Positions 27,255-36,785 are shown, numbered from the stretch's first letter. The stretch is 64,000 nucleotides of DNA from Planctomycetota bacterium (GCA_015075515.1 JABTUE010000001.1:1013001-1077000), one strand, 5' to 3'. Program-made: numbers and translations. Notes: generated from the sequence alone by a model not told the origin.

Positions 27255-29900
27255 ATGCCGGACGAGCGGCGTCCAGTCCTGCTGTTCCCAAGCGCTTCAA
27301 CCGTAGAGCGCAGGAAGGGAAGCGGTGGTCCATCCAGCTTTCGGTTTCCATCCAGACAACGCCAGCAGGAGCGTTTGTCTGCGACCATGGCGGCCCTGGA
27401 GCGGTCGCTGGAACAGCGAAGCATGCTCCTGTCCGATCATGCCTTGGGCGGCGAGCCCGAAGGTGTGCTGGTGCTGGAGATCGCCGGCAACCTCGACAAG
27501 TTTCATATCGCGGCCAAGGCCGCAGGCATCGAGTGGCTGGGCGAATACGACGAAACAGCCGTAGAGCCGGATGAAGATTTTGCAGTCCAACGTCAACGAC
27601 GAACCCGGCAAACCGATGGCGGATCCATTGGCGACGAAGACGAGCCTGAGGATTCCGGGAATCTCGTCCCGCGCCACGTTTATCTGACCGCCACCAACCA
27701 GCGACGACTGAGGCAGTTTCTTGCCATGTGGGAGCGCTGGCTGCGCAACCAGGACTTTGAGCGAGGCCAGAAGAAGTGGTCGCAGCTCTTCAAGCAGTTG
27801 CGCACGGTCCGGTTCTGGGATGCCGAAGACCGTTTCCGCGCCACAGGCATGCTGGAGGTCTGGCAACGGGCCGTGGATGAGGACCGCGAGCCCGAGCCCT
27901 TTGCCGTGGAACTCTGGTTCCGCGAAGACGAGGCCCAGCGCGACGCAGCCGAGCAGAAGGTTCGCGCTTTCGTCACGGCGTCCGAGGGACAGGTCATCGG
28001 CCGTCCAACGGTGATCCCTGAGATCGCCTATCACGCCCTGATCGTCAGTCTTCCGAAGCAACGAGTTGAAGCCCTGTTGCGCGACCAGGCATCTGTGGTC
28101 TTGGCCAAGTGCGACCAGGTCATGCTGATCCGTCCCACGGGCCAAGTTGTGGGAGGGCCAACGTCAGGGCCGCCGCTTCAGGGTATTCAGAAGCCTGCAT
28201 CCGAGAGCGTCCGGCAGGCAGTCCGACCCAACCCCGATTTGCCGCCGGAGATTGCCATCCTTGACGGCCTGCCGATGGGCAATCACGAGGCGCTCGACGG
28301 CCGCCTGGATATCGATGATCCTGACAACTGGGGCGCAGAGTATCCCGTTCAAGCGCGGACACACGGCACCATGGTTGCCTCGAACGTTATTCACGGAGAC
28401 CTGGGAGCAGCCGGTGCGCCGCTAACCCGCCGCATCTACATCCGCCCGATCATGCGGCCTCGGCCTGGCGGCAGCGACGAGTTCATTCCGCCCGACCTAA
28501 ACGAGATTGACCTTGTGCACGGCGCGGTCACCCGCGCCAAGCAGCGGCACCCCTCGCTCAAGGTCTTTCTGCTTGCGGTCTGCGACCCGGTGCAGGTGTT
28601 TTCCGGCAGGATCAGTCCTTGGGCACGGCTCATCGACTACCTTTCCCACAAACACAACATTCTGTTTGTCATCAGCAGCGGCAACCACACCGGCGCCCTG
28701 CACTATGATGTCGGCACGCAACAGCTTCATGATATGCCGCCCGATCAGCGCGATTTGCTGACCATGACCCATGTGCTTGATGGCGCCATTACGCGCGGCG
28801 TCATGGCGCCCGCCGATTCCATCAACGCCCTCACCGTCGGCGCGGCCAACAACGATTTATCGGATCTGGACAACACGCCGTCCGGCACACTGCTGCCGGT
28901 GACGAACAGAAGCCTCCCTGCACCATACTCCGCGCTGGGCCCCGGTTACCGGCGCGCCGTCAAGCCGGATTTTCTGACCAACGGCGGCCGCAAGCCCTAT
29001 CGGCCAATGCTCCGGAGCTCAACGCAAACGCGGCTTGAGGTGCCGGATAACCTGTCCATCTTCCCGGGCATTGTCACGGCGATTCCGCACCAATCCTTCC
29101 GCTATCGCTTCGAGGCGGGCACGACCTTGGCGGCTGCTCTGACCACACGAAGGCTTGCCCAGGCGCTGGACTATCTGCGCGATCCCCAGTTTGCGGGCCA
29201 GATTCCTGACGAGTTCCTGCCCGTTATCATCAAGGCTTTGGTCGCCCATTCCGCCCGTTGGGATGATGCCGCGCGTCAATCCATTGAAGCCGCTGTGGGC
29301 AACGGCGCAGACTGGCGAGCGCAGAAGGCTGCCGTTACGCGCATGCTGGGCTACGGCTACGTGCCGCCGGAAGGCACTTTCGATTGCGCGCAACATCGCG
29401 CCACGTGCATCGGGCTCGGAACCCTCAAAGTGGACCAAGGGCACGAGTTCCAACTTCCGCTCCCGCCCATACCCGCTGACCCAATGCAACAAATTTGGCG
29501 CAGGTTGACCGTGACCATGGCCTACCTCAGCCCCATCAAGCCGAGGGTTCAGGCATATCGGCAAGTGGTCTGCTGGGCGGATCGCGCCGTGCCGGACGAC
29601 GTAGGTTTCGACTTTAATTCAACGTCAGACGTCGAGGTGCGGGCCGCCCAGCGGGGGACGTTGCAGCATCTGGTCTTCGAGGGCAACTCCGCGCCGGTGC
29701 TTACGGACGGTGACGCCCTGCAACTGATCGTGTCGTCGCGTCCAGGCGCCTATGACGGTATCAGGGCCGACGGCGAAGTATCGACACGCTATGGCCTTGT
29801 CGTCAGCCTCGAAGTTGCCCAGAACATCAACATTTACGACGAAATCCGCGACCGCATTCGCCCGCGGGTGCAGGTCCGGAACCGTCCCCCGTCTCGGTAA
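27255..29900 (+). CDS. Subtilase (peptidase S8)-like protein with a long N-terminal extension (IetS-like); the predicted nucleophile position reads Thr
   Basis: 881 aa. The Asp block is IAILDGLP, the His block HGTMVASNV, the oxyanion-Asn block FVISSGNHTGA, and the Ser block reads GTTLAAA (GTS to GTT). A GGAG lies 5 nt upstream of the ATG. Confidence 0.7.
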   Translation: MPDERRPVLLFPSASTVERRKGSGGPSSFRFPSRQRQQERLSATMAALERSLEQRSMLLSDHALGGEPEGVLVLEIAGNLDKFHIAAKAAGIEWLGEYDETAVEPDEDFAVQRQRRTRQTDGGSIGDEDEPEDSGNLVPRHVYLTATNQRRLRQFLAMWERWLRNQDFERGQKKWSQLFKQLRTVRFWDAEDRFRATGMLEVWQRAVDEDREPEPFAVELWFREDEAQRDAAEQKVRAFVTASEGQVIGRPTVIPEIAYHALIVSLPKQRVEALLRDQASVVLAKCDQVMLIRPTGQVVGGPTSGPPLQGIQKPASESVRQAVRPNPDLPPEIAILDGLPMGNHEALDGRLDIDDPDNWGAEYPVQARTHGTMVASNVIHGDLGAAGAPLTRRIYIRPIMRPRPGGSDEFIPPDLNEIDLVHGAVTRAKQRHPSLKVFLLAVCDPVQVFSGRISPWARLIDYLSHKHNILFVISSGNHTGALHYDVGTQQLHDMPPDQRDLLTMTHVLDGAITRGVMAPADSINALTVGAANNDLSDLDNTPSGTLLPVTNRSLPAPYSALGPGYRRAVKPDFLTNGGRKPYRPMLRSSTQTRLEVPDNLSIFPGIVTAIPHQSFRYRFEAGTTLAAALTTRRLAQALDYLRDPQFAGQIPDEFLPVIIKALVAHSARWDDAARQSIEAAVGNGADWRAQKAAVTRMLGYGYVPPEGTFDCAQHRATCIGLGTLKVDQGHEFQLPLPPIPADPMQQIWRRLTVTMAYLSPIKPRVQAYRQVVCWADRAVPDDVGFDFNSTSDVEVRAAQRGTLQHLVFEGNSAPVLTDGDALQLIVSSRPGAYDGIRADGEVSTRYGLVVSLEVAQNINIYDEIRDRIRPRVQVRNRPPSR

Positions 29901-29952
29901 GCAGCGGGATCGGCGTCATGCACGCTCATCTTCTCCCGGCGGGCGGGTTGGG

Positions 29953-32900
29953 TCATGCTGGGGACTTGAGGCGGCGGTAGTGGGCCAAAACGGGGGTGAG
30001 GCGCTGCTGGTAGGGCTGGCCTTCGATTTTGCCTTCGTGGAAGGTCTCGAAGATGTGGGTCAGGTGTTCTTCCGTCAGGCCGTAGAGCAGGGCGACGGCG
30101 GCGTCGAGCTCGTGGATGTGGCCCTGTCTGGTGCGGTCATCGAGGGTTCCGCAATCCACGCCGACGGCTTGGGCCCAGCCCTGGTAACGGTCATCCACGG
30201 CGGCCAGGCGGCCGGCCAGGGCCACGACACGCTGCCACAGGGGGTGCGTGCGTTCGGGACGCGGGATGGGGAGGGCGTTGAAAATGTGGAAGTTCATGTG
30301 GATTTCGACCCAGCGGCGGGCGAACCAATCCAAAGGGACGGAGCAGAGGACGCCCAGCAGGAAAGCCTGATCCTTCTCGTCACCACGGGGCCAAACCGCG
30401 TAAGGCGCTGCGTTGACAATAACCGCTTCCGGCGGGACCAGTGCGGCAATCACGGTGCGGTTATTCGTGCGGTTCGTGACATCGCGAAAGGCGATACGCG
30501 GGTGCAGGGCCGGAAGTGTCTTTTTGTCCTTCACCCACGCCGCGGGCATCTCACTGAAGGCCGAGGCGCTGTTACGGGCCGCGCGTGCGCGCTTGTCTTG
30601 CAGGTAAGCGTAAACCTTTTTCGGGTTCGCCCAGGCGTAGTAGCTGCTTTCGCCCCGGTCGGGCTGCCAGATGTCAAAACTGCCGCCGGTGAAGACGGGG
30701 ATATGCCCCTTGGGGCGCCTTTCGACAAACTTGCCGAGCGCCGGGCCTTTCTTGACTTCGTTGGTGGCGTCCATTTCACGTTGCGGCCGCGCGCGCCAGG
30801 CCTTCTTGTCGTCCAAGTCCAGGCGCGGCGCCTTGCGCAGTTGCAGAAAGGGCTCCAGCGAATCGTCGCTGGGCAACAGCGGAAACGCCGCTGTTTCCGT
30901 CCAGGTCAGAAACTCGGCGACGGGCACGGCGGGGGGCTCGCCGGCTGTGCCGGCGCGGAAGCGCTCCAGTGAGCTGTAAGGCCCGCGAAAGCGCACGACT
31001 GTGCCCGGCGCGCGCCGCAGGACGGAAAGTGCGACGGTGTACTGCGGATGCACGTCGGGAAAGAACCAGTTGCGATTGTTCAGCAGGAACGTCAGTTCTT
31101 CCACGGCGCCGTCGGCCAAGACGGCTTTGCGGAACTCCTCACTGCCGCCGCTGCACCAGACACTGCGCGGCACGACCACGCCAAGCCGGCCTTCAGGTCG
31201 GCATAACCGCCAGAATCGCCAACAAAAGCCTTTGTAAAGGTCGGGGTCGCCCGTGCCCATACCGGGGAACGCGCCGGAAGTGAGGATGACGCGCATGGCT
31301 TCGGCTGATTCCTGTTCGGCCTCGAAGCGCTTAACCAAGTCGGGGCGTTCTCCGCGGAGCTTCTCCGCCTGCTTCTTCTGTTGGGCCGCACTCAAACCGT
31401 TCATGCCCGGTTGATAGCGCACCCAGAACTTGAGTTCCTCGATGGTGGCTTCTTCCCACGGCGGGTTGCCGAGGATCACGTCAAAGCCGGGGTTGTCGCC
31501 GAAAAACACTTCGGGGAAGGCTGCCGGGAAGTGCAGGACATGCAGGCCCTCAAGGGCCTTCAGGGCCTGTTTGTGCAGCTTGCTGCCGGGGATGGCCGCG
31601 TCGCCCTTGCCCAGCAGCAGCGACAGCTCGCCGCCCTCGACGGCCTGTTGGCAGCCTTCGTCCAGGCGCGCGGCGGTCAGCACGTCAAAGATGGCCGTGG
31701 CCGGGGCCAGCTTTTGCTGGATTTGCTCATCAAGCCGTTTCGCCTGGGCGATGTCCTGCACGCTGCTGTCCGTAAGCGCCCGCAACTTCTCAAGGTCGCC
31801 GGCCACAAGCTTGAGGTACTTTTTGAGTTCACCGGTAAAGCCGAAACCGCCATCCTTGAGCAGCTCTTCGGCTTCCGCGACGCGCTCAATGCCCGCCAGG
31901 CTGTTGCCGTGGCGCAGGGTGCGGTCCAGAAACGAAAGGGGCAGGCCGGGCACGAAGGTGTGAATCCACAGGGCCAGGCGCGACAGCTCAACGGCGGTGC
32001 GGTTGTAATCGACGCCGTAGATGCAGCGGCGGGCGATCATGCGGCGCAGAAGCTGGCTGCCGTCCACGCGGCGCTGCACGCCGACCTGGGCCAGGCCGGC
32101 TTCGGCGGCTTTGCGCAGGCTTTCCAGCTCGGCCTTGACGGCGGGCAGGGGCCGTCGCTCAAGGTAGCGTGACATGCCGGCTTCGATGAAATCCACGGCG
32201 GAGACGAGAAAGTGGCCGCTGCCCATGGCGATGTCGGAGACGCGGAAGTCAAAGAAGCGTTTGCCGGCCTCGGCTTCGGGCAGTGTGTCGAGACGCTGGA
32301 AGTGTTCTTCGAGGGCGGGGTTGAGGGCCCCGCGCAGCAGGTGGGCGACGGCGAACTCGGGTGTGTAATAGCTGCCGCTGGCCTTGCGGGCGCCGGAAGC
32401 GTTGTGCAGGTAGAAGTCGCCCTTGGCGACAATGACGGCGTCGGTTTTCTTGCTTACGGGGCGATAACGGCCCTCGGCGTCGCTTGTTAAATCTTCTTCG
32501 GCCTGGCCGAGTTCCGAGAGCAGCAGGCCTTCGTAGATGGTGCCGAACTCGCGCACGCCAATGGCGCTGAAGTCAACGGGGCCGGGGATGCCGTCGCGGG
32601 TGTCATCCACGAGCAGGGTGGAGAGTGCGGCGCGAAAGACGCTGTCGGGCAGCTCGACGCTGTCGATGACTTGGCCTTCAGGGCGGGTCTTGTCGAACAA
32701 GCCGCCGTTGTAGGCGGGGACAGACAGCGCCTTGTCGCCTTCGCGGATGGCGTGAAAGACGCGCTGGACATCTTTCCAGGTGCCGGTGCCGGCGTCCTTG
32801 TGGTAGGTGGCGTTCTTGAGGCGTTCCTCGACCAGGTCCTGGGCGAGGCCCTTGATTGACTTCTTGCGGTAAGCCTGGCTTTCGAGGTAGGGCAGCAGGT

Positions 32901-34005
32901 CTTTGTCTTCGGCGTAGGCAACAAACAGCAGGCGGAACAGCAGCACCAGCGCGGCGTCGTAGGTCTCGCGCAACTGCCCGGCGTTCATGCGCTTGAGGCC
33001 GCGGGCAGCGGCCAGGCCTTGGGCGAGTCTGGGGATGACGGCGGTGTAAATGCGGTCGCGCAGCTTGACGCGGACATCGACGGCAAAGCGTGAGGATTCA
33101 TTGAGGATGTAATCCACCGTGCCGTCGGGGCGCAGGGCCTCGGCGCTGAACAGCAGCCACAGGAAGGGCTGGTGCTGTTCTTCGATCAGGGCCAGGTTGA
33201 TCTCGGCGAAGGTTTCCGTGCGGCCTTTGCTTGCGACCGGGCGTTCGCCATCGGTGGAGTACAGGCGCAGCTTGTCGCCCTGCATGGTGACGACCCAGGG
33301 GCAGCCGTTGTCCTGGGCCTTGTTCAGGGCGTAGGCGGCGGGGCTGAGGTCGGCAAAGCGGGTTGCCGGGCGGTCCGGCATTTCGTCTTCACGAACGAGT
33401 ACGGCGACGGCCTGCTTGCGGCCGCCGGTCTTGAGCAACAGGTAGTTTTGGTTGGTTTCCTCGATTTCAAAGCCGAGGCCTTGGAGCAACTGGCGCTCGC
33501 GCAGGTTGACGACGGCAGCGGCCCTTTGGCTGGCGGGTGTGTAGTGGGCGGTGCCGCTGACGCGCTCGTGCAGGTAGTGGCTGGAAAACATGCCCTCGTT
33601 GCGCAGGCCGGGGACAGCGGAGACCATCTGGGGCAGGGCTTCACGGACGAACTTGACGGCGGCTTCGTTGTTGGGCTGATTCAGGAATTCGCGGCAGACG
33701 GTTTGGGCGCGTTCCACGGGCAGATCGAAGTAGATGGGCGGGTGGCCTGTGTTGTGGGTGATGACGGGGCCGCACAGGGTGACGTAGCTGCCGTGCAAGA
33801 AGACGGCGAGCACGGGCACGGCGCGGCCTTTCTCGCGCTCCTTCCAGCATTCGCGCACGGCGGCCTGTGTGGGGCGGCGGTTGAACTGGAAGACGGCGAC
33901 CTCGGCGGCGGATTTGTCCGTGAGGAAGTACTCGACTGGTTTGCAGCCTTCCGGCAGCTTGCCCTGGGTGAGGGGGCGAGGTTCGAGATCGTCAAGGAAT
34001 GCCAT
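29953..34005 (-). CDS. Large (1350 aa) gamma-class N6-adenine DNA methyltransferase of the Eco57I / BREX-PglX / DISARM-DrmMI type with a C-terminal target-recognition region
   Basis: Motifs are GSYYTPEFAV (motif X-like), DIAMGSGHFLV (motif I, SAM), and VILGNPPWEE (motif IV, NPPW). The N-terminal roughly 450 aa are unassigned. A GGAG lies upstream of the ATG at 34005. Confidence 0.85.
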   Translation of the reverse strand: MAFLDDLEPRPLTQGKLPEGCKPVEYFLTDKSAAEVAVFQFNRRPTQAAVRECWKEREKGRAVPVLAVFLHGSYVTLCGPVITHNTGHPPIYFDLPVERAQTVCREFLNQPNNEAAVKFVREALPQMVSAVPGLRNEGMFSSHYLHERVSGTAHYTPASQRAAAVVNLRERQLLQGLGFEIEETNQNYLLLKTGGRKQAVAVLVREDEMPDRPATRFADLSPAAYALNKAQDNGCPWVVTMQGDKLRLYSTDGERPVASKGRTETFAEINLALIEEQHQPFLWLLFSAEALRPDGTVDYILNESSRFAVDVRVKLRDRIYTAVIPRLAQGLAAARGLKRMNAGQLRETYDAALVLLFRLLFVAYAEDKDLLPYLESQAYRKKSIKGLAQDLVEERLKNATYHKDAGTGTWKDVQRVFHAIREGDKALSVPAYNGGLFDKTRPEGQVIDSVELPDSVFRAALSTLLVDDTRDGIPGPVDFSAIGVREFGTIYEGLLLSELGQAEEDLTSDAEGRYRPVSKKTDAVIVAKGDFYLHNASGARKASGSYYTPEFAVAHLLRGALNPALEEHFQRLDTLPEAEAGKRFFDFRVSDIAMGSGHFLVSAVDFIEAGMSRYLERRPLPAVKAELESLRKAAEAGLAQVGVQRRVDGSQLLRRMIARRCIYGVDYNRTAVELSRLALWIHTFVPGLPLSFLDRTLRHGNSLAGIERVAEAEELLKDGGFGFTGELKKYLKLVAGDLEKLRALTDSSVQDIAQAKRLDEQIQQKLAPATAIFDVLTAARLDEGCQQAVEGGELSLLLGKGDAAIPGSKLHKQALKALEGLHVLHFPAAFPEVFFGDNPGFDVILGNPPWEEATIEELKFWVRYQPGMNGLSAAQQKKQAEKLRGERPDLVKRFEAEQESAEAMRVILTSGAFPGMGTGDPDLYKGFCWRFWRLCRPEGRLGVVVPRSVWCSGGSEEFRKAVLADGAVEELTFLLNNRNWFFPDVHPQYTVALSVLRRAPGTVVRFRGPYSSLERFRAGTAGEPPAVPVAEFLTWTETAAFPLLPSDDSLEPFLQLRKAPRLDLDDKKAWRARPQREMDATNEVKKGPALGKFVERRPKGHIPVFTGGSFDIWQPDRGESSYYAWANPKKVYAYLQDKRARAARNSASAFSEMPAAWVKDKKTLPALHPRIAFRDVTNRTNNRTVIAALVPPEAVIVNAAPYAVWPRGDEKDQAFLLGVLCSVPLDWFARRWVEIHMNFHIFNALPIPRPERTHPLWQRVVALAGRLAAVDDRYQGWAQAVGVDCGTLDDRTRQGHIHELDAAVALLYGLTEEHLTHIFETFHEGKIEGQPYQQRLTPVLAHYRRLKSPA

Positions 34006-34255
34006 TTGCTGCTCCGTGCGGTTCCGTCAGCGCCCCGGACTGCCCGGGCACGCCCGATACGTGTTCTTCCGATGGCGGGTTTCGTCCTGGCAACGCTCGC
34101 CCCGAATGTCCGGCGCGACTTTAGCGAGCCGCGCGACATGAGGCGAGACTTGGCAGCATTGGGCCGCGTGTGGCTGCCTGCGGCACCCTGTCGCATCAGG
34201 GGACAGGGACCGGCCCCTTTTTTGGGTGTCGGAAGTGTCGTACCGGCGGAGGCGC

Positions 34256-34726
34256 TCAGGCCTTGTGGGACTTCAGGGAGCCTTCGGAGGGGGTCTGGCC
34301 TTTCTTGCCCCAGTAGCCAAGCACCTTGTCCAGCAGGAGCTTCAGGCGTTCGCCCCGGAATGACGCCTTGGCCTTGGCGTCTTTGGGGTGCGGGCGCGGG
34401 TAGATGAACTTGGCGTCCACGACGGTCAGCAAGCCCACGTGCAGGTAGGTCGGATACTTGATGATGTCGGCTTCGCCCAGCTTGATGTATTCGGGCGTGG
34501 GGACTTCCTTGCCGCTGGCGTGCGGGAAGCGCGAAAGCGGGCAGAGTGCCCAGCCGTCGTTGCGTTGCTCAACAACCATCAACAGGTGGCCGGTGTCCTG
34601 ACAGCCCTGCGGAATGTTGCCGTCTTTGCAGAGTTGCTCGCCCGTGCAGTCCATCGTCGCCAGCACGGCGTCGTTGTACGCCTTGTCAGGCTTAACGCGA
34701 ACCACCATGCCCGGCTCAATGGACAT
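34256..34726 (-). CDS. Hypothetical protein (island cargo)
   Basis: 156 aa with non-repetitive composition and several Cys (CTGEQLCKDGNIPQGCQD). No recognised domain. Confidence 0.5.
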   Translation of the reverse strand: MSIEPGMVVRVKPDKAYNDAVLATMDCTGEQLCKDGNIPQGCQDTGHLLMVVEQRNDGWALCPLSRFPHASGKEVPTPEYIKLGEADIIKYPTYLHVGLLTVVDAKFIYPRPHPKDAKAKASFRGERLKLLLDKVLGYWGKKGQTPSEGSLKSHKA

Positions 34727-34734
34727 TCACGTTC

Positions 34735-35361
34735 CTACCGGCCTTTGGACGGATTGGCCGCCAGTTCGTTGATCAGCGTGTTTTCCAGCTTCTCAAGACC
34801 GTCGGCCAGGCGCGCCATCGTGCCGGGCACCGGCTCCGGCGCGCCGTGTTCAAGGCGGCTGCGAAGGTCCGAAATCTTCTTGCGCGCTTCGCCGATGGCC
34901 GGCATGGCGTCGCCAAGGGCTTTCATCATGTCAGCGATCAGCGCATCAAACGACGTGTTCACGACCGTTTGCGTTCCCGACTTGGCGTTCTTGGTGCTGG
35001 CGTGGCCAAGGTCCGTGACTGCCTTCCACAGGCCGGCCCACTCCAGGACGTGCGGTCGGGCAATGTTGGCCATGTAGTCGGCCAAGCGCTGATCTACGAA
35101 CGCAGCATCAGCCTTCATTGCTTCGTGCAGGTTCTTGAAGCCGTATGCCGCCACGCCCCGCATGGTGGCGACCAGCGCCAGCAGGAACCAGCCGAACTCG
35201 TTGAAAGTCAGCGCAACGACGTACTGCCCGACTTCTTCGTCTTTCAGTTCGGGCATGAACAGCTTGGGGAAGGGCTTGGGCTTACCTTGCAAGGCCGCTG
35301 CAAGCTCTGCCTGCGCGTGCTTCTTGGCGGTTGGAACGTCAAAGCCAGCTAGACCGGGCAT
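34735..35361 (-). CDS. Hypothetical protein (island cargo)
   Basis: 208 aa, largely alpha-helical. No recognised domain. Confidence 0.5.
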   Translation of the reverse strand: MPGLAGFDVPTAKKHAQAELAAALQGKPKPFPKLFMPELKDEEVGQYVVALTFNEFGWFLLALVATMRGVAAYGFKNLHEAMKADAAFVDQRLADYMANIARPHVLEWAGLWKAVTDLGHASTKNAKSGTQTVVNTSFDALIADMMKALGDAMPAIGEARKKISDLRSRLEHGAPEPVPGTMARLADGLEKLENTLINELAANPSKGR

Positions 35362-35584
35362 TGGCCCCTCCGGCAGGGCGAATTGCTATATCCTGCACAA
35401 GCAACGCGCGCAAGGTTCAGCGGCGCGGGGTAAGTATCGGCAACCTGCGGGCCGAACTTTACACTTTTGATGTTTCGCCTAGCGGTCACTCAGAAACATC
35501 ATGGCGTCGGCATCGGCTGATTGCCAGCCCCAAGCCCATACCCATCAACAGCCGACGGACACGCTTTGTTCCCCGTGCGCCGGG

Positions 35585-35899
35585 TCAGTCGGTGAGCACT
35601 TGCCCCACGCCGTCGGTGGTCACGTCAGCGAAGGGGTCGGGGCTTTCCGGCAGCAGGTACTTGGACAGCCAGGCGCGCGCGGTCGCGTCGCCTTCGCGGG
35701 CCTGTTCGATGGCCTTGTCGATGATGGCGGCCCAGTCGGCTTCGCTGACGCTGGCGTCCATGATCCGCAGGCGCGAATACTGGACACGGCGCACGCTGCG
35801 CGGCCGGCCGCCGGGGTTGCCGGTTTGTCCGGGCTTCCAGCTTGTGCTTGTCTTGGTTCCCATGGTCATCCTGCCTGTTCTTTGCCTGCTGTCAGGCAA
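35585..35899 (-). CDS. Phage-like small protein with a GNPGGRP motif (DUF5681-like)
   Basis: The sequence WKPGQTGNPGGRPRS matches the motif of a phage-associated family recalled from memory. The start is probably an internal ATG near 35869 or 35863. Confidence 0.45.
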   Translation of the reverse strand: MPDSRQRTGRMTMGTKTSTSWKPGQTGNPGGRPRSVRRVQYSRLRIMDASVSEADWAAIIDKAIEQAREGDATARAWLSKYLLPESPDPFADVTTDGVGQVLTD

Positions 35900-36429
35900 A
35901 CTTCCGGGTGTTCGGCTTTCAGGCGTTCCGCAAAGGCGCTTGCGCTTACCGGCCCGCCGTCTGCCAGCGCGCGGGCGAACGCTTGCCCCTGCTCCGGCGT
36001 CAAGGCTTCCGGGTTCAAGCCGCGCACCCTTGCCATGGCTTCCAGCAGGTCTTGCAAGGCGTCCAGAATGGGCGCTTGCTGTTCGGGCGAAAGCGTAGAC
36101 CAGTCAAAGTCCGGCGCGCCCAGGCGCACTTTGCGGCAGTGTTCAATCAGCCGATCACACCACGCGCGGGTTTCAGCGCTGCTTTCGCTCCAACGGCCGC
36201 GCCACAGCTTGTCCAGGCCGTCGCCCCAATCCGCCAGAAAGTCGATGTGCAGCTTCATGCGTTCGACCAACTCGCGCTGGCGGGTGAAGCCGGCCCACAG
36301 ATTTTGCACGTCCACGGCTGGCGCGTGCTTGGCACACCACGCTGCCGCGCGTTGGTCGCCCGCCATGGCGCGGGCCTGCTGGCGGGCGCACAGGTCAAGC
36401 CAATCATCGGGGGCAAGCGTTTGGGTCAT
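35866..36429 (-). CDS. Hypothetical protein (island)
   Basis: Only the C-terminal 187 aa of the 375-aa ORF look protein-like (MTQTLAPDDWLDLCARQQ...). ATGA overlaps the upstream gene at 36426-36429. The N-terminal part of the long ORF is Arg/Pro-rich junk. Confidence 0.45.
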   Translation of the reverse strand: MTQTLAPDDWLDLCARQQARAMAGDQRAAAWCAKHAPAVDVQNLWAGFTRQRELVERMKLHIDFLADWGDGLDKLWRGRWSESSAETRAWCDRLIEHCRKVRLGAPDFDWSTLSPEQQAPILDALQDLLEAMARVRGLNPEALTPEQGQAFARALADGGPVSASAFAERLKAEHPEVCLTAGKEQAG

Positions 36430-36785
36430 GGCGTCCCCTTTCGTGGCCGCAAGTAGCCCAGCGCGCGCAGGTGCTCCAGTCGCGTCCTGCCCGCACTGAA
36501 GGCGTCCAAGTCCAGCGCGTCGCCGTGCCAGCAGCCCTTGCCGGGCAGGCCCACGGGCTTGCCGTCGGCCCCGGTTGCCGCAGCGTGATTGGCCGAAAAG
36601 CAGGCCCAGCGCGTTGGCTTGCCTGGAATGCGCCCGAAACAGCCGCGATGGCCGCACACGGGGCACTGCCCGCCGGCTCGCCCGAAGTCGCGCGCGTGGT
36701 CGCGGTTGTAGGACTCGACGGCGGCGCGAATGTTCGTGGTGTCGTTCAAGCCGGGAATCGGGCCGCGATAGATCGGGAAACTCAT
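36426..36785 (-). CDS. Small zinc-finger protein (island)
   Basis: 119 aa with CPVCGHRGCFGRIPG...WACF. The stop is coupled to the downstream gene. Confidence 0.45.
   Translation of the reverse strand: MSFPIYRGPIPGLNDTTNIRAAVESYNRDHARDFGRAGGQCPVCGHRGCFGRIPGKPTRWACFSANHAAATGADGKPVGLPGKGCWHGDALDLDAFSAGRTRLEHLRALGYLRPRKGTP

Noticed and set aside
22741-34005. Calling the island cargo a complete class-1 DISARM or BREX system
   Set aside because: No DrmA/DrmB (DUF1998-helicase pair), PglZ, BrxC or BrxL candidates exist in the island. Only SNF2, PLD and MTase-type components are present, so it is reported as a candidate non-canonical system instead.
34200-34235. GGGGACAGGGACCGGCCCC followed by TTTTTT on the plus strand (terminator-like)
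   Set aside because: Its orientation would terminate plus-strand transcripts, but the flanking genes are on the minus strand. The stem is imperfect. Possibly incidental.
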